A stretch of DNA of 42,310 nucleotides, from the NCBI RefSeq assembly GCF_006345805.1, contig NW_021831684.1, positions 1 to 42,310 of the forward strand, read 5' to 3'. This document shows, piece after piece, positions 1 through 12,010 of the stretch; position 1 is the first letter of the stretch, and every line of letters starts with the position of its first letter. The notes under the pieces were generated by a model. It made no database searches, had not been told where the DNA came from, and saw nothing but the letters and a program-made list of their open reading frames with translations. This stretch comes from Octopus sinensis (Eukaryota). The position numbers were made by a program, and so were the translations under genes.

Positions 1-308
1 GAGACAAAAACCACTATTATGAAAATCAAACAAAGAAAGACTTAAGCCAATACATAAAATATAAAATAATTTATATAAATTAAAATTTAACAAATGAATA
101 ACCACTACGATCGTTTCAGCACATCTTAGACATTTTTCAGGGGTTTCTAAGAGGTTTAGAAACCACCTGAAGAATGTCTAAGATGTGCTGACACGAAACG
201 ATCGTAGTGGTTATTCATTGTTAATTTTAATTTATATAAATTATTTTATATTTTATATATTGCCTTAAGTCTTTCTTTGTTTGATTTGCATAATAGTGGT
301 TTTGTCTC
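1..308. mobile_element. Long palindromic (fold-back) element, probably Penelope-like pLTR-derived; may extend left of the window
   Basis: 1-~150 is the near-perfect reverse complement of ~155-308 (gagacaaaaaccactattatg... / ...cataatagtggttttgtctc); hammerhead motif in the right arm. Confidence 0.8.
161..212 (+). ncRNA. Minimal type I hammerhead ribozyme
   Basis: Helix I AACCAC(161-166)/GUGGUU(207-212); core CUGAAGA 167-173; helix II UGUC/GACA closed by an A.C mismatch; GAAA 195-198; palindromic helix III ACGAUCGU; GUA cleavage triplet 204-206. Confidence 0.8.
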
Positions 309-309
309 T

Positions 310-457
<148 letters not shown>

Positions 458-573
458 AACTTACTTGAAAAAGGATGCGTGACGCTCGATCATATAATAA
501 TGTAAATAATATATAGATATATGCATATATTCATACATATATGTACCTACCTATACATATATATATTGATTGA

Positions 574-911
574 TTGAGACCCCCTTCGGTCATGACTGAC
601 CCGAGATTGCACCTAGAAAGTTACCCTCCCAGGCACATGTCTGGCAAGGTTGTTTATGGAAAACCAGCAGTCGCCTATGCATACCGGCCTCCCCTCTCCA
701 CACCATCATTGTTATCCAAGGGAAAGGCAAAGGGGCCGATACAGCTTGGCACCTGTGACGTCGCAACTCATTTCTACAGCTGAGTGAACTGGAGCAACGT
801 GAAATAAAGTGTCTTGCTCAAGAACACAACACGCAGGCCGGTCCGGGATTCGAACTCACAACCTCGCGATCTTAAGCTCGACGCTCTAACCACTGAACCA
901 TGCGCCTTCAC
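574..911 (-). mobile_element. tRNA-derived SINE (family D), full length
   Basis: Minus strand reads ggcgcatggttcagtggttagagcg (A box)...gagttcgaatccc (B box), then conserved core gtgttgtgttcttgagcaagacactttatttcacgttgctccag and a 3' tail. Confidence 0.85.
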
Positions 912-1317
912 ATATATATATGTGTATATATACATGCATATATGGGTACAGGACATAAAAATAAACGTTGAACACAATGAGAAACGAAAACATAAAAACA
1001 AAAACAGAAAACGAACTTTTTTTCGAATAACGAAAAAGAAACAGAGAAATGATAAATGCAACATAAAGAATATTCCCCTTCGTCAGTTGCCCCTGTTTCA
1101 TCTACTCCTTGCCTTCGAGGCGCGGAGTAGGTGAAACAGGGACAACTGACGAAGGGGAATATTATGTTGCATATACGTTTCTCTATTTTTTTTTCGTTGT
1201 TCGAAAAAAAGTTCGTTTTCTATGTATTTATTTTTATGCTTTCGTCTCTCATTGCGTTCAACGTTTTTTTTTTATGCCCTGTACCCATATATGCGTGAAT
1301 ATATACATATATATGTA
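911..1317. mobile_element. About 400 bp palindromic fold-back element
   Basis: Arms ~911-1108 and ~1124-1317 are reverse complements (tattccccttcgtcagttgcccctgtttcatctactcc / ggagtaggtgaaacagggacaactgacgaaggggaata); the loop holds a GCCT-TCG-AGGC mini-hairpin. Confidence 0.8.
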
Positions 1318-1406
1318 GGTATATACATATATGTATATATGATTATATTTATAAAATTATTTATATTATTATATGATCGAACGTCATGCAACCTTTTCCA
1401 AATAAG

Positions 1407-1458
1407 TTGTGTGTGTGTCTGTGTGTTTGTGTGTGTGTCTGTGTGTTTGTGTGTGTGT

Positions 1459-1531
<73 letters not shown>
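1407..1531. repeat. (TG)n microsatellite
   Basis: Direct reading. Confidence 0.95.
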
Positions 1532-1534
<3 letters not shown>

Positions 1535-2099
1535 GTATATGTGTTTGTGTTGTGAGCATATGTCTGCATATACATGTGTGTGTACATTTTCCCATTCATC
1601 ATTAAGGTATTTTGTTCTGTTACTAAGTGCCAAAGTAATATTCATGAAGAGCTCTTTTGCTTTTGGTTTGATTTTTTCAAGCAAAATAAATACCCAACCA
1701 AGCGTGCTGCGAATTCAATCTGTAAGACTTGTTTAGCCTAATATTCAATTTTTTCTTGTTGCTGCTATCTGAATCTGTGCCCAGACTTCCATATTTTCCC
1801 TATTATGTCAAGCTGTGCCTTCTAACTGTCTGCCCTTTTCGACTTGGGTTCATCTATCAGGATGAGATTTGGGACTTGTGCTATCTGATGTCCATCTTCA
1901 CTTTGGGAGCTCACACCTGACTGTTTCGTAACTACTGAAGCCCAGAAGCTTGGTTTTTATTTAAGTCCAGGTAAAAATCCCTACGTATACCTACGCCATT
2001 CCAACAACACAGAAAAGCCAGCGAGCTTGCTTTGTCGTGCTTGAGGTGAGCGATTTAGCCAACGTCAACAAGTATAACAGTTCTCACATGATGAAAGGC

Positions 2100-2696
2100 A
2101 GCGAGCTAGCAGAATCGTTAGTACCCCGGGCGAAATGCTTCGTGGTATTTCACCTGTCGCAACGTTGTGGGTTCAAATTCCGCCGAGGTCGACTTTGCCT
2201 TTCATCCTTTTGGAGTCGATTAAATAAGTACCAGTTACGCACTGGGTCGATATAATCGACTTAATCCGTTTGTCTGTCCTTGTTTGTCCACTCTATGTTT
2301 AGCCCCTTGTGGGTAGTAAAGAAATAGGTATTTCTTCTGACGTTACGTTCTGAGTTCAAATTCCGCCGAGGTCGACTTTGCCTTTCATCCTTTCGGGATC
2401 GATTAAATAAGTACCAGTTACGCACTGGGGTCGGTATAATCGACTTAATCCGTTTGTCTGTCCTTGTTTTTCCTCTCTGTGTGTAGCCCCTTGTGGGCAG
2501 TAAAGAAATAAGAAACGTTAGCACGCTGGGCGAAATGCTTAGCATTATTTCGTCTGTCTACGTTCTGAGTTCAAATTCCGCCGAGGTCGACTTTGCCTTT
2601 CATCCTTTCGGGGTCGATAAATTAAGTACCAGTGACGTACTGGGTTCGATGCAATCGACTGGCCTCCTCCCCAGAAATTTCAGGCCTACTGCCTAG
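2100..2696 (+). mobile_element. Three tandem SINE family B copies
   Basis: Repeated core (tt)ctgagttcaaattccgccgaggtcgactttgcctttcatcctttcggggtcgataaattaagtaccag near 2170, 2350 and 2565. Confidence 0.85.
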
Positions 2697-2865
2697 AGAA
2701 GAAAAGTTTTAACACAATGACTCTCCCAAGATCCTTAGTACCTCCTCATTACTATCAATTGCTTATCTCAATACAAGATCGAATACAATTATGAAGTGAT
2801 AAAGAACGATTTTTCTACATAGAGCACGCCGAGAAAATTTTGAAAATGCCCCTTTCGCCGTCAGG

Positions 2866-3095
2866 TCATTTGAATTTGGTTTGAGTGTTTTCGGTGAACC
2901 AGTTGGTAGCTTGTACTAGATCTTTAGAAATCTTGTATGGCCTCGTTGGAAGGTTTATGCTCTGTACACCTTCGATGATCCTTCTCGGAGCAAAAGTACG
3001 CTCGACTGTCATACACTTCTCTCGAAATTCGTTATGTTGTGGTCTCCGCAGGGCATCTACCATAGTCCGAAAGTGGTTACAAATCAGGTACTGAG
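2866..3095 (-). CDS. Candidate 3'-terminal coding exon of an unidentified host gene
   Basis: Non-repetitive 76-codon open frame (QYLICNHFRTMVDALRRPQHNEFREKCMTVERTFAPRRIIEGVQSINLPTRPYKISKDLVQATNWFTENTQTKFK*), preceded on the minus strand by acceptor-like ttcctacgtacttcAG; no family recognised. Confidence 0.35.
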
Positions 3096-3109
3096 CTGAA
3101 GTACGTAGG

Positions 3110-4285
3110 AATTGAATACATAATTGTTTCTAAATTTAGCACAAGGCCAGTAATCTTGAGGGAAATGAGTAGTCGATATACTCGATCCCAGTGCTCAACA
3201 AGTACTTATTTTATCGATACCGTAAGGATGGATGGGAAAGTCGACCGCGGCAGCATTTGAACTCAGAACGTAAAGAGCCGAAAGAAATATCACTAGACAT
3301 TTTTTCGGTGCAATAACCATTCTGTCAGATCACCACTGTTTGAATGCATAATCGGTTAGCAAAGTCAGCAATTTAGGGGAAAGTGGTAAGTGGATTAGGT
3401 CGACCCCATTGCTCAACTGGTACTTATTAAAATAAGCCCGAAAGGATGAAAGGTAAAGTTGGCCTCGGCAGAATTTGAACTCAGAACGTAAAGACGGACG
3501 AAATACCTATTTCTTTACTACCCACAAGGGGCTAAACACAGAGGGGACAAACAAGGACAGACAAACGGATTAAGTCGATTATATCGACCCCAGTGCGTAA
3601 CTGGGACTTATTTAATCGACTCCAAAAGGATGAAAGGCAAAGCCGACCTCGGCGGAATTTTAACTCAGAACGTAACGGCAGACGAAATACCGCAAAGCAT
3701 TTCGCCCGGCGTGCTAACGTTCTGCCAGCTCACCGCCTTGTAATAATAATAATCCTTTCTATTATAGGCACAAGGTTTGACATTTTAGAGGAATGGGGCC
3801 AGTCGATTAGATCGATATCAGGACACAACTGGTACTTAATTTATTGACCCCCGAAATGATGAATGGTAAAGTCGGCCTCGGCAGAATTTGAACTCAGAAC
3901 GTAAAGACGGACGAAATACCGCTAAGCAATTTTCCCGGCGTGCTAATGATTCTGCCAGTTCACTGACTTATTTGATTACATAATTAATGGAAGTAACCGA
4001 ATACCAGACATTTCGTCCGGAACTTTACAAAATCTGCCTCCCATCCATTGAATAAGACAATAAATATTGCTTTCAAATTTTGGCACAAGACAAGCAAGTC
4101 CGGGATAGGAGTAAGACGATTACATCGATCTCAATGCTCAACTGGTACTTATTTTATCGACCCCGAAAGGATGAAAGGCAAAGCTGAACTTGGTAGAATT
4201 TGAACTCAAAACATGAAGACGGACGAAATGCCGCAGAGCATTCTATCCGGAACGGTAACGATTCTGATAGTTCGCCACCTAATTA
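3110..4285 (-). mobile_element. Array of about five SINE family B copies, minus strand
   Basis: Repeated aaggatgaaaggcaaagtcgacctcggcggaatttgaactcagaacgt-like motif near 3230, 3445, 3625, 3855 and 4165. Confidence 0.85.
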
Positions 4286-5149
4286 GACAATAAATATTGA
4301 TTTTTTTTGCATTGATTCATAACCAAATCTTTCTTACAGAGTAAAATCGATAGCAGTGACTTCAGTGATTTTACTGATCGCCCTCGAATGTATGAAAATT
4401 ATAAGCCCTTCCCAATGGAAATTTGAACCCAGTGTGTAGATGACTGTATCTAAATGCTTTGCATCATTTTCCCTGGTACACTACTATTTCTGACACACAC
4501 CACTCTGTAAGTGATTAATATTATTATAACTGTCCATTAATCATAGGCAACTTCTATATCAATTATATTACACAGATAGATACTGACAAATATAGAGACA
4601 TGACAAAATGTATCCCGACATTCCTTCAATGCTACATCATCCTACACATGCAAGATATTCTAAAGAAAAATGGCGATACATCATAGATGGTATTATGTAT
4701 TATAAAATGACGTTATGAAAGCTGGCAAAGAATACGACAAATATTCGCTGCAAACTAAAAGCTCTGTTGGACTGGTTTGCACGAATAAGAATTCAGAGAG
4801 AATATTGTAATGTTTTTAAATCCTAAAGATTATACATGAATTCATATCCCACACTATAGAAATAAATTCATATCTCACAATATAGGATATGTTAGCAATA
4901 AGAAGAATACATTTTCCGAGGCCCAAAAGGCATATTTGTTATAAGATACAGGATTTTCTTCAACATTCCGAAAAAGTGGGGTACTAAAAAATATCTTAAA
5001 AATACAAGAGATTAATAAGTGTTGAAACTATTGCGTTGTGATAGGATATCGGCTTTGCTAACTAATGTAGAATTTCCTAAAGCACTTATAAAATTTTTAC
5101 AAAATGTTATGTTTATATGGAACAGTATGAAGTCAAGGCTGGTCTTTTG

Positions 5150-5303
5150 AAATACAAGTACAGCTTATTTTTTGCTAGCTGAGTGGACTAGAGCAACATG
5201 AAATAAAGTGTCTTGCTCAAGAACCCAACGCGCAACCGGATATCAAACTCATAACCTTACGATCGTGAACCCAATACCGTAACCACTTGACCATATTCCT
5301 TCA
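5150..5303 (-). mobile_element. SINE family D 5' part
   Basis: gctgagtggactagagcaacatgaaataaagtgtcttgctcaagaac matches 780-830. Confidence 0.75.
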
Positions 5304-5307
5304 TATG

Positions 5308-5425
5308 TCATCACAATCTGTGTCACGTTGAATCTCCCTGAGAACTACGTTAAGGGTACGCATGTCTATGGAGTGCTCAACCACGTGCAGGTTAATTTAA
5401 CGTTGTTCAGATCAGCTGAAAATCT
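5308..5425 (+). mobile_element. SINE family C 3' fragment
   Basis: gtcacaatctgtgtcacgttgaatctccctgagaactacgttaagggtac matches 14468-14520. Confidence 0.75.
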
Positions 5426-5619
5426 CATCGTCGCAAACGACGGACAGCCGTTTTATTGTGTCGCTGCAAAAGCTACCGAAAAGGTTTTCAGGAGGGAAAG
5501 AAAATCAAATATACGGTAGAATATTTTTACAAAAACAGATCCACTTCTAATCGATATATCTGCTATTAGACATATCTATTAATGGTTGGTGAAATCTACT
5601 GATTTCTAGATGCGACTAG

Positions 5620-5870
5620 TGAGATTTGGCTCTGCTTCAATCAGCATCTGTAAGAGGGTTTGAACCCAGATTGCAAGGAGTGAGATGTTCCGAGATATCA
5701 GGCTCGACTCTCTAAAAATCCCAACAATTTACGTGGAAGGATGAAACGGAAAGTTGACCTCGGTGAGATTCGATCTCTGAATGCACAGTGCCGGAACAGA
5801 TACCGCAATATATTCTATCTAGTGAGAGCTGGCTCTATTTCAATCAATATCTGTAAGAGGGTTTGAACTA
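5620..5870 (-). mobile_element. Old degenerate family-B-like SINE units, tandem
   Basis: aaggatgaaacggaaagttgacctcggtgagattcga resembles the B core; a ~50 bp block recurs at about 195 bp spacing. Confidence 0.55.
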
Positions 5871-5888
5871 AGTAAAGTCAGTTAATAT

Positions 5889-5891
<3 letters not shown>

Positions 5892-5924
<33 letters not shown>

Positions 5925-5949
5925 TAATAATAATAAAATGATGATGATA

Positions 5950-6008
<59 letters not shown>

Positions 6009-6110
6009 AATATAATAATCATAAACATAATAATAATAATCATAATCATAATCATATAATAATAATCATAATATAATAATAATCATAATAATAATAATCA
6101 TCATCATCAT

Positions 6111-6175
<65 letters not shown>
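5892..6175. repeat. Compound (TAA)n/(TGA)n microsatellite
   Basis: Direct reading. Confidence 0.95.
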
Positions 6176-6177
<2 letters not shown>

Positions 6178-7071
6178 TTAATACTTGTCTCAAAACATGA
6201 AAACAAGAAAGCATCATACTCTGTCACAAAACAGGCAAAGGAATATCTAAGTGAATTCCGAATACAACAAATTTCGGAATTAGAGATAGACATACAAGAA
6301 ACAAGCACAGAAAAAGCTTGTTGTCTCCAAATGCAGTCTTCTAGCCCCTACAGAGTACCTCAGTAGGCATGATAGAGCTACACAATATATTCACTGGGTA
6401 ATTTGCAAAAACCTGGATTTGCCCCATGAAAAAAACTGGTGGGAACACAATCCACCTCCTGTGCTTGAAAATGATCACATCTCACTCCTCTGGAACTTCA
6501 CCATTCAAACTGACAGAAAGATAGATGCAAATAGGCCAGACATTATATTGAAAGACTTCAGACAAAGAACATGCCTCCTCATTGATATGACTGTCCCAAT
6601 CGATATAAACGTATCTGTCAAGACCTACCAAAAACTGAGCAAATATAAAGATCTTGAAATAGAAATCAGCAAAATGTGGAAGCTGAAGACTAAAACAATA
6701 CCTGTTGTCATAGGTGCCCTGGGAATGATAGCGAAAGGGACTGATTGCTACCTAACTCAGATAGCAGGAAACCCCAAAATGGCAGAAATTCAAAAGATAG
6801 TGCTCATGGGAACTGCTCATATCCTACGCAAAATACTCTCTATGTAATCCCAAGGTTTAAAACAACCTTTTTATTTTATTTATTTATTTATTTTTTTAAA
6901 TTTTTTTTTAACTATTTATTTTTTATTTTTATGTATTAGACATTCACTAGTACAACACCAAAAAAAAAAACCCAAATATATGGCACAGAACTTCCAACCT
7001 GTTGTCTCTTGAGGTCTCTGGGTGAGACTTGGAGCCAACTTGTACAGACATAAAGCAAAAGTCAAACATAG
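6175..7071 (+). mobile_element. R4/Dong-like non-LTR retrotransposon, 5'-truncated and internally deleted, with RLE domain and 3' UTR
   Basis: Frame 6320-6847 reads VVSKCSLLAPTEYLSRHD..YIHWVIC (end of the CCHC knuckle), RPDII..D, K..KYKDL, PVVIGALG, the restriction-like endonuclease signature; (TAA)n on both sides. Confidence 0.9.
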
Positions 7072-7096
7072 AATAATAATAATAATAATAATAATC

Positions 7097-7141
<45 letters not shown>

Positions 7142-7205
7142 GTAATCATAATCATAATCATAATGATAATAATCATGATAATAATAATAATAATAATAAT
7201 CATAG

Positions 7206-7752
7206 CCCTGATGCAGTACCAGGCAGTGGCTCTCATGGCTTCTGATCTTAACTGGTTGGAAGTGTCATCATGTACATTGTTTTGTCTTGGTATAAAAGAT
7301 GGGCTACAGCAAATATTCTGCTCAATACCACAGATTTGCTTGTCAGTTGTTTGACCTTAACCAGTTGAGCATGTCCCTTAGTGGCTGACGATATGTGCAT
7401 CTCTGATCACGAGCAGTGGGGGAGCATCATAGCCATGTGTTGAGAGGGATTCTTTGGGGTTTGAATAATTCACCTCTGGAAACATGGGTGGTTCTTTCAA
7501 CATCCTTAAACAACCCTTATTCAGGGACCTTTTGAGCGAGATGGGCTACTCAACCTGAAGAAAATTCTAACTGGGCCCCACCCGCAAGGTCATGTGCTGT
7601 TTATCTTGATATGAGATCACCATGTCGCGCACATATGGTTGTGATGCATGTGCCTGGTGTACCCTTATCAGACGGGTAATCATGATGGGTATATTGGGCT
7701 TCGTATATTTTACCCCAGTGTCACTTTGATGGCATGCACTGCTTTCTCACTC
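7206..7752 (+). mobile_element. About 550 bp non-coding (TAA)n-associated interspersed element, copy 1
   Basis: Highly similar to 8153-8705 and to the reverse complement of 20346-20870; ends ...gcactgctttctcactc(aat)n. Confidence 0.8.
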
Positions 7753-7798
7753 AATAATAATAATAATAATCATAATCATAATCATAATAATAATAATC

Positions 7799-7857
<59 letters not shown>

Positions 7858-7875
7858 CATCATCATCATCATCAT

Positions 7876-7934
<59 letters not shown>

Positions 7935-8077
7935 GAGTGACAGAGCAGTGCATGCCATCAAAGTGACACTAGGGTAAAAATATACGAAGCCCAGTATACC
8001 CATCATGACTACCCGTCTGATAAGGGTACACCAGGCACATGCATCACAACCATGTGTGCGCGACATGTTGATCTCAT
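7935..8077 (-). mobile_element. 3' fragment of the 550 bp element, inverted
   Basis: Reverse complement of ~7612-7752, preceded by (TTA)n. Confidence 0.8.
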
Positions 8078-8099
8078 AATAATAATAATAATAATAATA

Positions 8100-8152
<53 letters not shown>

Positions 8153-8705
8153 CTCTGATGTAGTACCAAGCAGTGGCTTTCGTGGCTTCTGATCTTAACT
8201 GATTGGAAGTGTTATCATGTACATTGTTTTGTCTTGGTATAAATGATGGGCTACAGCAAATATCCTGCTCAATACCACAGATTTGCTTGTCAGTTGTTTG
8301 ACCTTAACTAGTTGACCATGTCCCTTAGTGGCTGATGATATGTGCATCACAGATCACGAGCAGAAGTAGTGGGGAAGCATCATAGCCATGTCTTGAAAGG
8401 GATTCTTTGGGATTTGAATAATTTACCTCTGGAAACATGGATGTTTCGTTCAACATCCTTAAACAACCCTTATTCAGGGACCTTCTCAGCGGAATGGGTT
8501 ACTCGACCACAAGAAAATTCTAACTGGGCCCCACCTGCAAGGTCGTGTGCTGTTTATCGTGATATGAGATCAACATGTCGCGCACACATGGTTGTGCTCA
8601 TGTGCCTGGTGTACCCTTATCAGACGGGTAGTCATGATGGGTATACTGGGCTTTGCATATTTTTACCCTAGTGTCACTTTGATGACATGCACTGCTCTGT
8701 CACTC
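8153..8705 (+). mobile_element. 550 bp element, copy 2
   Basis: Matches 7206-7752; flanked by (TAA)n. Confidence 0.8.
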
Positions 8706-8761
<56 letters not shown>

Positions 8762-8864
8762 GTTTTTGATAAGTGCGCCTTTCAGCGAGACGACGTAAAG
8801 CGGAACCAGTTTTGCTAATGACAAAGTTACATTCTCATTCAAATATATGTGTTATAAATAGTAG

Positions 8865-9170
8865 CTGGCACTCCGTCCGTGCCAGTTGATCCGACGAGGG
8901 TCCCAGTTGATCCGATCAACGGAACAGCCTGCTCGTGAAATTAACATGCAAGTGGCTGACCACGCTATAGACACACTGTGCCCTTATCGTAGTTCTCAGT
9001 GAGAATCAGCGTGGCACAGAAGTGTGACAAGGCCGGTCCTTTGAAAATACAGGTACAACGGAAACAGGAAGAAAGAGTGAGAGAAAGTTGTGGTGAAAGA
9101 GTACAGCAGGGTCCGCCACCACCCCTGCCGGAGTCTCGTGGAGCTTTAGGTGTTTTCGCTCAATAAATAC
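8865..9170 (-). mobile_element. SINE family C lacking the tRNA head
   Basis: Reverse complement of ~14325-14620. Confidence 0.8.
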
Positions 9171-9269
9171 TGGTTTATTGGAAGCAGACAACTTTTCGTT
9201 CGAACCAAGAAGATTGTTTTCATTGGTTTTTCAAGTTGCTCGTACTATTTGTCGGTCGAAACTCTACAC

Positions 9270-9870
9270 GGAGGTGTCGTCGTTTTCCGGTGATGGAACT
9301 CAGAACGCACTGATTACGAAACAGATATTGCAAGGCACTGCACTAGACAATAAAAATCCCGCCAACCCACAACTCTGTTCGGCAAGTTTTTCATCGACCA
9401 CAAGCGGATGAATAGCAAAGTTTACCTCAGTAGGGTTTGAAGTCAGTACGGAGAGTCGGAATAAATAACGCAAGGTATTTCATCCGACTGTCTGTGGATT
9501 CCACCATTCCCTCGATCGATATCTAGATTGCAGGGAGTCAGATGTTTCGAGATATCAAATCCGACTCTCTAAAAATCCCACCAATCTACGCCTCCTAGTC
9601 TGGTACCTTTTTATCGAACGCGAAAGGATGAAACGCAAAGTTGACCTCAGCGAGATTCGGGCTCTGAATGCACAGTGCCGGAACAGATACCGCAATATAC
9701 ACCATCTAAAACACTAACAATTCCGCTAATGCTTTTTCTGAACTGGTACTTTTTTTATAGACCCTGAAAGTATGAAAAGCAAAATTAACCTCAATAGAGT
9801 TTGAACCTGGAACATGAAAATAAATACCGTGAATCATTGAATCCAACACTACATCTACTCTGCCAATTCG
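9270..9870 (-). mobile_element. Degenerate array of family-B-like SINE units
   Basis: Recurrent ggatgaa..gcaaagtt.acctc....g.tttgaa motif near 9405, 9625 and 9770. Confidence 0.55.
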
Positions 9871-10419
9871 GCTCCTTGAAACACACCTAAAGGAATACCT
9901 TGTCCTTTAATTGTACGAAAATTGCATAAGTAATTTCTATTGACTGACAGTTTTTTTTCAATTGTTTTTTATCTCCTAAATATACATATGCGAGACTGTG
10001 GGGTATTTGTATTTAATACATACAACGTTCCCCTGAGTTATATTCCATTAGTCATACAACAATTGAACCATGCGTCTAAAGAAAATAGAACTATTCTGTC
10101 GTTTTTTTTTTATTAAATATGCTGATATATGTAAATAACAAGAAGAATACAAGAATGGCTAAATCATATAAGTATGCTTGCGGTTAAGGTCTGGTTTTCC
10201 AAGATATATATTTATCTGAATTTGTGAGTACACTTGTTAGTTCGAGTGAGTATGTGTGCGCGCATGTGTGTGTGTGTGTGTGTGTACGAAGGAAGGAGGA
10301 TGTGCCTGTGTGGGTATGTGATATACAAATATTTCCATAACATTTTCGATGAGTCGTAGGACCAGGTGAAGTACAAACAACATTGTCTCGTGCAGTCGTA
10401 TTGGAAGTATAAATTCGTA

Positions 10420-10474
10420 TTATACATATACATATAAATACACATGTACGTGTGTGTGTATGCATGAGCGTGCG

Positions 10475-10561
<87 letters not shown>

Positions 10562-10567
10562 ATATAT

Positions 10568-10600
<33 letters not shown>

Positions 10601-10659
10601 TCCGTAGTAAGCACATTAATATGAAACAAGGTAGAAATAGATAAATAGATAGATAGATG

Positions 10660-10717
<58 letters not shown>

Positions 10718-11354
10718 TATACATACATTCATATGTGTATGCGTATGTGTTTGTGTATGTGTATGTGCATATGCGATGTGTTAATCATGAAAACTATTAT
10801 ACAAAAATTTATACATATATGCAAATAGATATATACATTCATTCATACACACACTCACACACATACATGTATATGCATATACATTCATTCATACACATTC
10901 ATACATACACATATTTATATATGTATGTATACGTTTATTTAAATAACATATGTGTGCATGTAGGAATTATGTGTACGTACGCGCGAGTGCGGTGTGTTTG
11001 TGTGTACGCGTATATGATTGAATGTGTGAATGTGAATCTCTATGTATATGCAGAAATATTGAGAGAGGGTGAGTCATCCAGGTATTGCAAGATAAACTAC
11101 AACGAAATGACAACTATGGCCAGTCAATAAAGATGGAGATGAAGTTATCTACGCGATGAATATATGCACAAACACACACACACACACACACACATAGATA
11201 CATATATAATATGTGTGTGCGTGTATGTGCGTGTTATGTGTGTGTGTGTGTATAGACATACTTATAACCATATCTCTAAGTGTGAGAGCATGCGTGTATG
11301 ATGTACATATAAATGTATATGTACATCTGTCTGGTTGTTGAGTTCTTTACATAT

Positions 11355-11406
<52 letters not shown>

Positions 11407-11411
11407 ATGTA

Positions 11412-11498
<87 letters not shown>

Positions 11499-11711
11499 GC
11501 ATATATATATATGTATGTATGTATATAAGCATATTCCTATGTATATATATACATATACATATACGATTATATATGTATTCAAATACATATATATAAGCAT
11601 ACCTATATACATATATACATATATATATATATATATGTATGTATTTATATATACATATATTTATATGCATGTACATACGTGTGGGTATATATATATGTAT
11701 GATATATATAT

Positions 11712-11765
<54 letters not shown>

Positions 11766-11811
11766 GTCCGACTCTGCTGGCAGAGAATCGTTCAATTTAG
11801 CAGCCACTGTC

Positions 11812-11843
<32 letters not shown>

Positions 11844-12010
11844 TATATATATATTATGGGGGGGGGTGTATGTATGTATGTTTGTATGCATGTATGTATA
11901 TATATATTATGTATATTATATATATTATATATTATATATATGTATATATAACATATTATATATAATATATATATATACATATACATATATATATATATAC
12001 ATATACACAT
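10420..12010. repeat. Compound TA/TG/CA microsatellite field
   Basis: Direct reading; source of the YI/HT/CV ORFs. Confidence 0.9.

Noticed and set aside
574-911. tRNA genes (also 14243, 14760, 41750 and family A heads)
   Set aside because: A/B boxes run straight into SINE bodies; no full cloverleaf
1743-2035. Unique-looking stretch, possible LINE 5' region
   Set aside because: No motif recognised in any frame
7206-7270. HDV-like ribozyme at the 5' end of the 550 bp element (ggctctcgtggc resembles P3/L3)
   Set aside because: Could not build P1, P2 or the P1.1 pseudoknot by eye
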